In this document: piece by piece, positions 17,705 through 25,502 of the stretch
How positions within the stretch are numbered: the first letter of the stretch is position 1
How the letters are laid out: each line of letters starts with the position of its first letter
DNA from: a virus
Lineage: Duplodnaviria > Heunggongvirae > Uroviricota > Caudoviricetes
IMG/VR virus record: IMGVR_UViG_2547132281_000011
Length of the DNA: 29,115 bases
Reading direction: 5' to 3' (one strand)
Notes under the pieces: model-generated
Told to the model about the DNA's origin: nothing
Database searches by the model: none
The model's input: the letters and a program-made list of their open reading frames with translations, nothing else
Translations under genes and position numbers: made by a program

Positions 17705-17731
17705 ACACAAAACATAGGGGAGGCAAGCACA

Positions 17732-18055
17732 ATGACTGAACCGAAACAGTCTGGTATTAAAAAAGGGTTCCTCTTTGGGAGCAGAATCGGAGAGCAGAAT
17801 AAAACTTACACGCTAAGCTTGGATGCATGTTGTCCAACCGAAGCGATTATAGAGCTGAAAAACGTTCTGGTTGCACTTGAAGAGAGAAGAAGTCATTTCG
17901 CCAGCGGAGAAAACAATGTCATGCTAATTGGCGATGTGGCGGCGACATCACGATATAAAACCGCACCTAATCCTGCGATTCAGTTATCCTTCGACCAACG
18001 AATACTGGAAGCGGAATCAGCAGTTCCCAGAACGGTTCGTCCTCACCAGTCTTAA
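17732..18055 (+). CDS. Hypothetical protein
   Basis: 107 aa from ATG 17732 behind GGGGAGG; 3' end overlaps the convergent ORF 17967-18542 by 89 nt, so one of the two may be spurious. Confidence 0.35.
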   Translation: MTEPKQSGIKKGFLFGSRIGEQNKTYTLSLDACCPTEAIIELKNVLVALEERRSHFASGENNVMLIGDVAATSRYKTAPNPAIQLSFDQRILEAESAVPRTVRPHQS

Positions 18056-18542
18056 CTGGGGCTGCTTCACCCGACCAGTAAAGCCAAGCACGGTGATACA
18101 GTTCCAGCACCGGGCAATCACTGTTCAATAACCTCATATCTCCGCGATGCACCTGCTCATTTGTGATGACTTCATATATCGGTGCCGTTCTTATTTCGTC
18201 TTCGCCTCTCTCATCAGCCAGTAATTCCCTGAACTTCCTGACTTCACTCAGATGCTGACAGGCAAACAGTGACTGATAGCGGGAAGGTTTATCAGGAAAA
18301 TGGCTACGGCGAACTAACTCAAACACCAGACCGACCAGCAGACTTCTGCTGATTCCACTGTCATCTTCCATTTTAGGGCCGGGGTTATAGAGATAGTTAT
18401 ACCCGTGACTCGAAAGGCCATTGGGATACATCTGATGAAGAAAAGCGGCCAGTTCTGGCATTTCAGGCTCGTATTTTCCGGTAATTACATGACAAGGCGA
18501 AGGCAGACGACTAGCGGAATCAAGTGTGTAATACGTTCCCAT
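17967..18542 (-). CDS. Hypothetical protein, 191 aa
   Basis: Long ORF with AAGGA upstream; no motif I can recognise. Confidence 0.45.
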   Translation of the reverse strand: MGTYYTLDSASRLPSPCHVITGKYEPEMPELAAFLHQMYPNGLSSHGYNYLYNPGPKMEDDSGISRSLLVGLVFELVRRSHFPDKPSRYQSLFACQHLSEVRKFRELLADERGEDEIRTAPIYEVITNEQVHRGDMRLLNSDCPVLELYHRAWLYWSGEAAPVKTGEDEPFWELLIPLPVFVGRRITESQD

Positions 18543-18657
18543 TCAGAAAACAATCCTTATCGAACAAACACTGCACGTAGGTAATACATCCAGTAAATCG
18601 CGTTAATAGAAATCATGTATCTCAAAACTTCACTCTGAACTCTGACAGTGAAAGAAC

Positions 18658-18689
18658 GACCAGCCCGGTACCCGAACTCCGGGCTGGTC
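18658..18689 (-). terminator. Strong hairpin, putative terminator of the repressor-linked operon
   Basis: Perfect 11-bp stem GACCAGCCCGG / CCGGGCTGGTC with 10-nt loop; on the minus strand followed by GTTCTTTCACTG. Confidence 0.4.
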
Positions 18690-18951
18690 ATCGCCCCACA
18701 GGAATGCACTGTGAGCCGACCGAGGTTCAGTCAGTCTCGCGAGACCAGACTAGCCTGCCATATTTTTTATAATTATAAAAGGGTTACAGATTATGAAAAT
18801 GCAGACATTCCCCATCGCTCCATGGATTGGTTGTAAACGCCGCCATGCCAGACATATTCTGGCCGATGTTTCCTAGCACGCACGAATATGAGGCAACTGA
18901 CGAGAATAAATGATGCGTCAGAATGAACCGTCGACACCGTGCTTTCAGGTT

Positions 18952-19563
18952 TCAAAAATCTGGAGAAGGTATATCTATCTGACCGACGTTTCGTAACCAC
19001 ATCTCTTGCTTTGTTTCTTTATTGGTTCGGGCGATATCATTAGCATTGTATCTGCATGTTTTAACCGCAACCTCACGAACTCGTGCTATAGGAGTATTTG
19101 TGTAGAATTTAAGATCTTCCTCTACCGCTCGTATGGCGATAAGCCCTCCACTCTGAAAACCGCTGGTTACTTTTAAAAGATCAACTCCTTGGTTATAAAC
19201 GGCATTACATACGTTAGGGAACTCATCTTCTACAGTTTTGGGGATCATCAGCATATCAGGAAGACCCTGTAACACGTTATCTTCCTTTGGCCTCCATGCC
19301 CTTCCCAAAAAAGCTGTTATAGGTTGTGGTGTAGAAAGAAATGCCAATTCTATATAAAACAAACCACTGTAGTGATCGCGTAACGAATAGACTAGTAAAT
19401 GATCTTTTCCAGTTTTACTTGCATTGCTAAGTTTTATATCAAATGGTTTTTTCTGGTACTTAAGCAATCCATCAACTCCCGCATAATAATGCTTTGAAAC
19501 AGCAACAGAAAGTTGATGTACTTGGTTCGGATAATCTGTTCTATATCGTTTAATTAGCCCCAT
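18952..19563 (-). CDS. Hypothetical 203-aa protein, second gene of repressor-linked accessory operon
   Basis: ATG 19563 with GAGG 6-7 nt upstream, 20 nt after the upstream gene; AT-rich; no recognisable motif. Confidence 0.6.
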   Translation of the reverse strand: MGLIKRYRTDYPNQVHQLSVAVSKHYYAGVDGLLKYQKKPFDIKLSNASKTGKDHLLVYSLRDHYSGLFYIELAFLSTPQPITAFLGRAWRPKEDNVLQGLPDMLMIPKTVEDEFPNVCNAVYNQGVDLLKVTSGFQSGGLIAIRAVEEDLKFYTNTPIARVREVAVKTCRYNANDIARTNKETKQEMWLRNVGQIDIPSPDF

Positions 19564-19583
19564 AATAGCCTCGCAGTTATTTT

Positions 19584-20570
19584 CTATTTCAAAATATAAC
19601 GATATTTACTATCTGGAGTGTTTTGTTGGTCAAGTAATAGAGCTCTACATGGGGCGGTCAAAACACGGGCATAACGACCATCGGGGTTTATGTTGATGTA
19701 ACAAGTTTTCCCTTTAACACCATAAGATTCAGGTATTATTGCCTGTGTAGACACCGTGAATTTAAGGGTATGCCAGCCCGATTTTTGCTTGTAGCTTGAA
19801 ACCGAATGGAAATCATCTGAGTACTTATTTAACCCTGGAAACATGCTGCGTAATGCTGGGATGGAATCTTCTATTATTTTGTCGTTGGTTTTAATGTTAA
19901 AAACGCTGGTTTCAGTAGATGCTACTGCTTTAGCATTTCCCCATTTACCAGCGAACACAATCATTCCCACGAAAAATATTGCGACAAGAACTAACGCTCC
20001 CCCCAACACTACTACATGAGGCTTCCGGCTTCTGGTTGGTACAGTCGCGACTGATTTTGCCCCGCTGTCCGATGGAGGTGATAGAGTTTTACTCTCATCA
20101 CGAATATTCAGCAGATCATCAAAATAACCAAACACAGCCTGCAACTGCTCTTTGTCCAGGCCTTTAAGATGGGTTGTACCGAAATGCTTCAGACAGTATC
20201 TGTCACGGTCAAGACGATACCTAGGGTCAGTAAGCACCATTATTTTGCTGACCAGAAGATTACAGTCCTTCATATTCTGGATCTGTTGTGCATATCTCTG
20301 GAGGATCTCAACCGCACCATGATAATCAGCCGCAGTCATTTCATTAACTGTTTTGGTATTAAGTTTCGTGTGGATCGTCATCCATAGTTCGCGCTTACTT
20401 TCCCCCAGATCAACCAATTCATCCATCAATCTGTGTAAATCGCGTTTTTGCAGCAACGAAATTGGTTGCTGGGCAGAGGGAAGTATGTCAGCAGAATAGT
20501 TATGAATGGTAACATCACCGCTGACAACGTTACCCACATCTCCGTTAACTGTTTGCTTCTCTTTACTCAT
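19584..20570 (-). CDS. Single-pass membrane protein (cytoplasmic ~190-aa N-domain, one TM, ~115-aa C-domain), translationally coupled to repressor gene
   Basis: TM segment VVVLGGALVLVAIFFVGMIVFAG; start ATG overlaps repressor stop (ATGA at 20567-20570); N-terminus NGDVGNVVSGDVTIH echoes the repressor C-terminus. Confidence 0.65.
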   Translation of the reverse strand: MSKEKQTVNGDVGNVVSGDVTIHNYSADILPSAQQPISLLQKRDLHRLMDELVDLGESKRELWMTIHTKLNTKTVNEMTAADYHGAVEILQRYAQQIQNMKDCNLLVSKIMVLTDPRYRLDRDRYCLKHFGTTHLKGLDKEQLQAVFGYFDDLLNIRDESKTLSPPSDSGAKSVATVPTRSRKPHVVVLGGALVLVAIFFVGMIVFAGKWGNAKAVASTETSVFNIKTNDKIIEDSIPALRSMFPGLNKYSDDFHSVSSYKQKSGWHTLKFTVSTQAIIPESYGVKGKTCYININPDGRYARVLTAPCRALLLDQQNTPDSKYRYILK

Positions 20571-21028
20571 TTTCTCTTTGTATTTTTGTTCATTATTCCA
20601 CCTGTTCCTATGGTTACGTTACCTTTGATAACATTCCCCAGAACATCTCCATGAATAACCTGTTCCGCCCGTTCTCTGGAGGAGCCAGTCGTCAATGCCG
20701 ACAAAACTGAACCTTTGACTTGTAACGGTGCTTGCCGGTAGTGCTGAAGTAACTCCATTTCATCACGTGATAAAGTTATACCTGATGATTCCCCAGTAAG
20801 AATGAACTGTACGTTGGCCCCAATTCTTGCAAAGGCTGCAAGTAACTCACCTCCGGGAACTGCAACCCCTCGTTCATATTTCCCCCACATTTCTCTTGAA
20901 ACGCCACAAAGGGCTGCTACTTCAGCCTGCTTGAGTGATAACCGCGAACGCTCAGCTTTGAACCGCGACGCGCAAAGAGAATCAAAATTCACATAAACCT
21001 CATTGACAATGAGAACAATAGTTCTCAT
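20567..21028 (-). CDS. Prophage repressor, XRE/Cro-CI-type HTH (functional analogue of Mu c)
   Basis: HTH motif LSLKQAEVAALCGVSREMWGKYERG; divergent from the early operon; start codon lies within the early-promoter operator region, leader apparently very short. Confidence 0.75.
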   Translation of the reverse strand: MRTIVLIVNEVYVNFDSLCASRFKAERSRLSLKQAEVAALCGVSREMWGKYERGVAVPGGELLAAFARIGANVQFILTGESSGITLSRDEMELLQHYRQAPLQVKGSVLSALTTGSSRERAEQVIHGDVLGNVIKGNVTIGTGGIMNKNTKRK

Positions 21029-21031
21029 AAT
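21004..21031 (+). promoter_or_regulatory. Early promoter (Pe-like), sigma70-type
   Basis: TTGACA (21004-21009), 16-nt spacer, CATAAT (21026-21031), about 45 nt upstream of the ner-like ATG. Confidence 0.55.
21010..21027. promoter_or_regulatory. Operator: perfect 18-bp palindrome TGAGAACAATAGTTCTCA
   Basis: Exact 7-4-7 dyad filling the spacer of the early promoter and abutting the repressor start codon. Confidence 0.55.
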
Positions 21032-21078
21032 CTATCACATATAAAACAAACATCATTGCATCAACAAAGGAGACAACA

Positions 21079-21267
21079 ATGACTTCCGAACAAGTTAAAA
21101 CTCTCTTCCGTCAGCGTGGTATCACGTTTACCCGCTGGGCCGAAGAACACGGCTACAGCCGCAATGAGGTCTATCGTGTTCTCAATGGACAGACCAAAGC
21201 TCGTTACGGCAAAGCCCATGAAATTGCCGTAAAGCTGGGATTAAAACCCACGTCAAATGCGGCATAA
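21079..21267 (+). CDS. Small Ner/Cro-like DNA-binding protein, first gene of early operon
   Basis: 62 aa, AAGGAG RBS, HTH-like FTRWAEEHGYSRNEVYRVLNG; position as Mu ner. Confidence 0.55.
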   Translation: MTSEQVKTLFRQRGITFTRWAEEHGYSRNEVYRVLNGQTKARYGKAHEIAVKLGLKPTSNAA

Positions 21268-21319
21268 ATTTTCCATATATGCAACAGGTTATCACATATT
21301 GCAAAAATGGAAATGTGAC

Positions 21320-21628
21320 ATGAGTAAAGTAAATATCTCCAGTTCCGGGACCCGCATCCTACGTGTACTCAAAGCTCTACGCGGTCACTCTCTGAACGGT
21401 GTTTCTAACGGTGAACTGGCATCAGCCCTAGATGAGTCCCCGGCGAACATCAATCGAGCACTCAATACCCTTATCGAAGAGGGACTAGCCCTGAAACTGG
21501 AAAACGGGCGTTTCGCACCAGGCATCCAGTTGCTGCAGATCGCCATGGCCCACAGTAACGAGATGGCACGTGCACAGGATCGCATTAACGAAATCAACCA
21601 ACGTGTTATTTCAGGTAGTCGTTTGTAA
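21320..21628 (+). CDS. Winged-helix-like DNA-binding protein
   Basis: 102 aa from ATG 21320; TRILRVLKALRGHSLNGVSNGELASALDESPANINRALNTLIEEGL resembles wHTH regulators; start uncertain. Confidence 0.45.
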   Translation: MSKVNISSSGTRILRVLKALRGHSLNGVSNGELASALDESPANINRALNTLIEEGLALKLENGRFAPGIQLLQIAMAHSNEMARAQDRINEINQRVISGSRL

Positions 21629-21638
21629 GGAGTAATCA

Positions 21639-22550
21639 ATGGGACGCACCAAATCACCGGTTAGCACTGAACTGAACGTCGAGGTACCGCTGTCGGATGA
21701 TCTCAATGTCAGTCTAAACGCCATGACACAGCATCGCATGGAAATCATGCAACAGTTCGGCGATGGTCTGCCCTATGAGCGCGATCGTGTTGTCCATGAG
21801 GCACGCTTTTATATGGCACAGAGCGCTGAGGCCATGCTGGAGGCAGGTAAGCGGCTGATAATCCTTAAGGAAAATGAACCACACGGGGAGTTTATAAAGA
21901 TTCTTGAAAGTGAGTTGGGGCTGGCATACCGGACATCTGTGAGAATGATGCAAGCATCGACAAAATACTTATCCCCGGCGCTGAAACCAAATGTGCCAAC
22001 GTTGGCACATTTGGGAAAAGCCAAACTTTTCGAATTAATGACAGAAGACGACGAAGAGCTTGCCGAACTGGCCGACGGCGGCACAGTTGCCGGCATGACG
22101 CTTGACGATGTTGATCGCATGTCAGTACGTGAATTGCGTCAGGCCCTGCGTGAAGCGCGCGAAACCAACGCAGCACAACAGCGTGTTCTCGCCGATAAAA
22201 ATGAAAAAATAGACTCACTCTCCACCAGACTGGAGAAGAAATCCCGTATTCAGCCACCTGAGCCTGATGAAGAGGTGAAGAAACTGCGGGCGGAAGTGAC
22301 CGCGTTAGCGGTTGAGGCGGAATCTGCCATCGCCGTTCGACTGTCCAGCGCTTTTGAGACACTGTGCGCATATTGTGCTGAAAACATGATTGATACCCCC
22401 AGAGACTTCATGGCAGGCCTGGTCTGTCAACTGGAAAGCACAGCGCGTAGCCTGCGCTCCACATTTGACCTGCCGGACGAGCCAACAGGCGATGTCGCGC
22501 CTTCATGGCTGACTGAGCCGACGCCACAGATTAACGGGCTGGAGGCATAA
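21639..22550 (+). CDS. Hypothetical early protein, 303 aa (possibly DUF3102-like), with coiled-coil C-terminal half
   Basis: Strong AAGGAG RBS; charged helical region (RELRQALREARETNAAQQRVLADKNEKIDSL); not present at this position in Mu itself. Confidence 0.55.
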   Translation: MGRTKSPVSTELNVEVPLSDDLNVSLNAMTQHRMEIMQQFGDGLPYERDRVVHEARFYMAQSAEAMLEAGKRLIILKENEPHGEFIKILESELGLAYRTSVRMMQASTKYLSPALKPNVPTLAHLGKAKLFELMTEDDEELAELADGGTVAGMTLDDVDRMSVRELRQALREARETNAAQQRVLADKNEKIDSLSTRLEKKSRIQPPEPDEEVKKLRAEVTALAVEAESAIAVRLSSAFETLCAYCAENMIDTPRDFMAGLVCQLESTARSLRSTFDLPDEPTGDVAPSWLTEPTPQINGLEA

Positions 22551-22553
22551 CCA

Positions 22554-24323
22554 ATGAATGCTGCCCTGACTGAACGACTGGTTTATGTCGCCCGCGCGGC
22601 ACGTGACGCGGGGCATGGTAAACGCGGTGCAATATACGACGCGGCCTGTGCTGAACTTGGCATGTCCCGCGCCACTCTGCTGCGCAGGCTGAAGGAGGTA
22701 TCTGTGACTGATAAACGCAAAAAACGCGCCGATGCCGGGCGCAGCGCCCTGACCCGCGACGAAGCCGCGCTGATATCTGCCACACTGCGTGAGGCCACCC
22801 GCAAGAACGGTAAGCGTCTCTATTCCATCGCAGATGCAGTGGAAACCCTGCGGGCTAACGGCTTTATCTCCGCAGGCAGAACAGATGAAACCACCGGTGA
22901 GTTTTTCCCGTTGTCCGAAGATGCCATCAGTCGTGCCTTGCGTAACTATGGCCTGCACCCGGAACAACTGGATGCCCCTGCGCCGCATACCGAAGTGGCC
23001 AGTCTGCATCCCAATCACGTCTGGCAGATTGATGCCTCGCTCTGCACGCTTTACTACCTGAGCAATGGACACAAAGGGCTGCAGGTGATGGACAGCGCGA
23101 AGTTCTACAAGAACAAACCCGCTAACCTTGCCCGTATCGCCAGTGACCGCGTGTGGAGTTACGAGATTACCGACCATGCCAGCGGCTGGATTTACGTTGA
23201 GTATGTGACGGGTGCGGAATCCGGTGAGAACCTGTGTTCTGTGCTTATCAACGCCATGCAGGAGCGTGGCGGCGCAGACGTGCTGCACGGCGTGCCGAAA
23301 ATACTCTATCTCGACCCCGGCTCGGCAAACACCGCGGGTATGACGAAAAACATGTGCCGCTCACTGGGCATCGACCTGATAGCGCACAAGCCGCATAACG
23401 CCCGCGCCACCGGACAGGTGGAAAAGGCGCGTGACATTATCGAACGCAAGCTGGAGCCGGGTCTGAAGTTCCGGCCGGTTCACAGTCTGGAAGAACTCAA
23501 CGCGCTGGCCGCGAAATGGCGCAGCCACTTTAACGCCACGGCTGTTCACAGCCGCCACGGTAAAACCCGCACGGATATCTGGCTGAAGATTACTGCTGAG
23601 CAGCTGAAAAAAGCGCCTTCCGTTGAGGTATGTCGTGAACTGGCTGTGGCGGCACCAGAACTCCGCAAAGTCACGCCAAAACTTCGTGTCTCGTTCCGGG
23701 GCACTGAATTTGACGTATCAACGGTACCGGGCGTACTGGTTGGTGAAAAACTGATGATTACCCGTAACCCATGGCGCAGCGATGTGGCACAGGTGGTTCT
23801 GACCGGTGAGGACGGCCACGAGACGTTCTTCCTGGTCGAAGAGGTCAGAAAGAACGAGTTTGGCTTTGCTGAAGGCGCGGCGGTATTTGGCGAAAGTTAC
23901 AAAGCCCTGCCGGAAACCCCGGCACAGATGGCGGCAAAAGAAACCGAAGCGCTGGTTACCGGTACAGACAACGCCGCAGATGCAGCCGCCGCACGCAAGG
24001 CGAAGGCGCTGCCGTTCGGCGGGCGGCTTGACCCGTATAAACATATCGACGACACCACACTTCCGGCCTATATGCCGAAGCGTGGTCAGGCCTCTGACGT
24101 ACGCGGGCCGCGCACTGAACAACGTCCCATGACTCATGTGGAGGCCGCGAAAGCCCTGCGCGATAAGTTCAGCGCCGACGGCCTTACCTGGACGCCGGAA
24201 CATTACCGCCAGTTAACGGCACAGTACCCGGACGGCGTACCGGAAGCCGCACTGGATGAAGTCATGGCCACGCTGACCACACCGGCCCGCAGCAGTGTTA
24301 TCAGCATTGTTAACGGCAACTGA
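22554..24323 (+). CDS. DDE transposase, Mu-type (MuA-like)
   Basis: 589 aa; rve-type core with candidate DDE residues (HVWQIDAS ... LYLDPGSANT ... downstream Glu); GGAGG RBS; followed by overlapping AAA+ ATPase gene. Confidence 0.85.
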   Translation: MNAALTERLVYVARAARDAGHGKRGAIYDAACAELGMSRATLLRRLKEVSVTDKRKKRADAGRSALTRDEAALISATLREATRKNGKRLYSIADAVETLRANGFISAGRTDETTGEFFPLSEDAISRALRNYGLHPEQLDAPAPHTEVASLHPNHVWQIDASLCTLYYLSNGHKGLQVMDSAKFYKNKPANLARIASDRVWSYEITDHASGWIYVEYVTGAESGENLCSVLINAMQERGGADVLHGVPKILYLDPGSANTAGMTKNMCRSLGIDLIAHKPHNARATGQVEKARDIIERKLEPGLKFRPVHSLEELNALAAKWRSHFNATAVHSRHGKTRTDIWLKITAEQLKKAPSVEVCRELAVAAPELRKVTPKLRVSFRGTEFDVSTVPGVLVGEKLMITRNPWRSDVAQVVLTGEDGHETFFLVEEVRKNEFGFAEGAAVFGESYKALPETPAQMAAKETEALVTGTDNAADAAAARKAKALPFGGRLDPYKHIDDTTLPAYMPKRGQASDVRGPRTEQRPMTHVEAAKALRDKFSADGLTWTPEHYRQLTAQYPDGVPEAALDEVMATLTTPARSSVISIVNGN

Positions 24324-24333
24324 GGAGGGAAAC

Positions 24334-25500
24334 ATGCTGGTACTGAAGCAGCAACTGAAAGAGGCCCGTATTCCACAGGCGGTGGTGGCGAGAGCTGTCG
24401 ATGTTTCTGAGGCCACGCTGGCCCAGATTGTGAATCATAACGCGTGGCCCCGCACCAGCCCCGGAGAAGTGCGCCGGCGTCTTGCGTCCTGGCTGGAAAG
24501 TCAGGGGATTGATACAACGAAGAGTTTTGATGCTGTACAGGGCGCGGCCACGCCCCGTACAGCGGGTACCACAGATAAAACGAGCCTCAGTGAGGAAGAG
24601 AATATGTTACTCAAAAAACAGGTGTTATTTCCAGCAACCAAAAAAGCGTTTGGTCTTTTCCGTGACCCGTTCGCCGACGAAGCCATGCAGGGTTCTGATG
24701 ATGTGTTCACCACCCCGGACATTCGCTACGTGCGTGAGGCGCTGTACCAGACAGCCCGTCATGGTGGGTTTATGGCCGTCATCGGTGAGTCCGGTGCGGG
24801 TAAATCCACGCTGCGCCGCGACCTGACTGAACGTATCAACCGCGAGAATGCGCCGGTAATTGTTATCGAGCCATACATCATCGCTATGGAAGACAACGAT
24901 GTGAAAGGGAAAACCCTGAAGGCAGCAGCTATTGCCGAAGCCATTATCAGTACCATCGCACCACTGGAAAGCATCAGACGCAGTCAGGACGCCCGTTTTC
25001 GCCAGTTGCATCGCGTCCTGAAAGACAGCAGCCAGGCGGGGTTCAGCCACGTTCTGGTGATTGAGGAGGCCCACAGTCTGCCCATTCCGACACTGAAACA
25101 CCTCAAACGCTTTTTTGAGCTGGAGTCCGGTTTCAAAAAACTGCTGTCCATCGTGCTGATTGGCCAGCCGGAACTGGCGACAAAACTGTCTGAACGCAAT
25201 ATGGAAGTCCGTGAAGTCGTTCAGCGCTGTGAGGTGGTCGAACTTCTGCCTCTGGACAATAACCTTGAAGAATTTCTGACGTTCAAACTGCAACGGGCCG
25301 GTAAACAGCTGACGGACATTATGGACGCCGGTGCAGTGGATGCCATACGTGCCCGCCTGAGCAATCCGGGAAGTCACCGTAAAAATATGGTCAGCCTGCT
25401 GTATCCGCTGGCCGTCAGTAACCTGGTAATAGCCGCCATGAATCTGGCCGCTGAAATCGGGGTTCCACAGGTCAACGCTGACGTTGTCAAAGGGGTTTAA
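24334..25500 (+). CDS. Transposition AAA+ ATPase (MuB/TniB-like)
   Basis: Walker A GESGAGKST; start ATG 24334 behind GAGGAGGG, just after transposase stop (ORF-track start 24295 is an upstream extension). Confidence 0.85.
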   Translation: MLVLKQQLKEARIPQAVVARAVDVSEATLAQIVNHNAWPRTSPGEVRRRLASWLESQGIDTTKSFDAVQGAATPRTAGTTDKTSLSEEENMLLKKQVLFPATKKAFGLFRDPFADEAMQGSDDVFTTPDIRYVREALYQTARHGGFMAVIGESGAGKSTLRRDLTERINRENAPVIVIEPYIIAMEDNDVKGKTLKAAAIAEAIISTIAPLESIRRSQDARFRQLHRVLKDSSQAGFSHVLVIEEAHSLPIPTLKHLKRFFELESGFKKLLSIVLIGQPELATKLSERNMEVREVVQRCEVVELLPLDNNLEEFLTFKLQRAGKQLTDIMDAGAVDAIRARLSNPGSHRKNMVSLLYPLAVSNLVIAAMNLAAEIGVPQVNADVVKGV

Positions 25501-25502
25501 TA

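Noticed and set aside
18616-18635. TGTATCTCAAAACTTCACTC, faintly reminiscent of a Mu left-end sequence
   Set aside because: Resemblance to the Mu terminal A-binding repeats is weak and I cannot confirm a matching right end within the window; not called as a prophage end.
18648-19000. Small ORFs 18648-18836 (+) and 18791-19000 (-) in the intergenic gap
   Set aside because: No RBS, overlap the hairpin or the end of the 203-aa gene, arbitrary composition.
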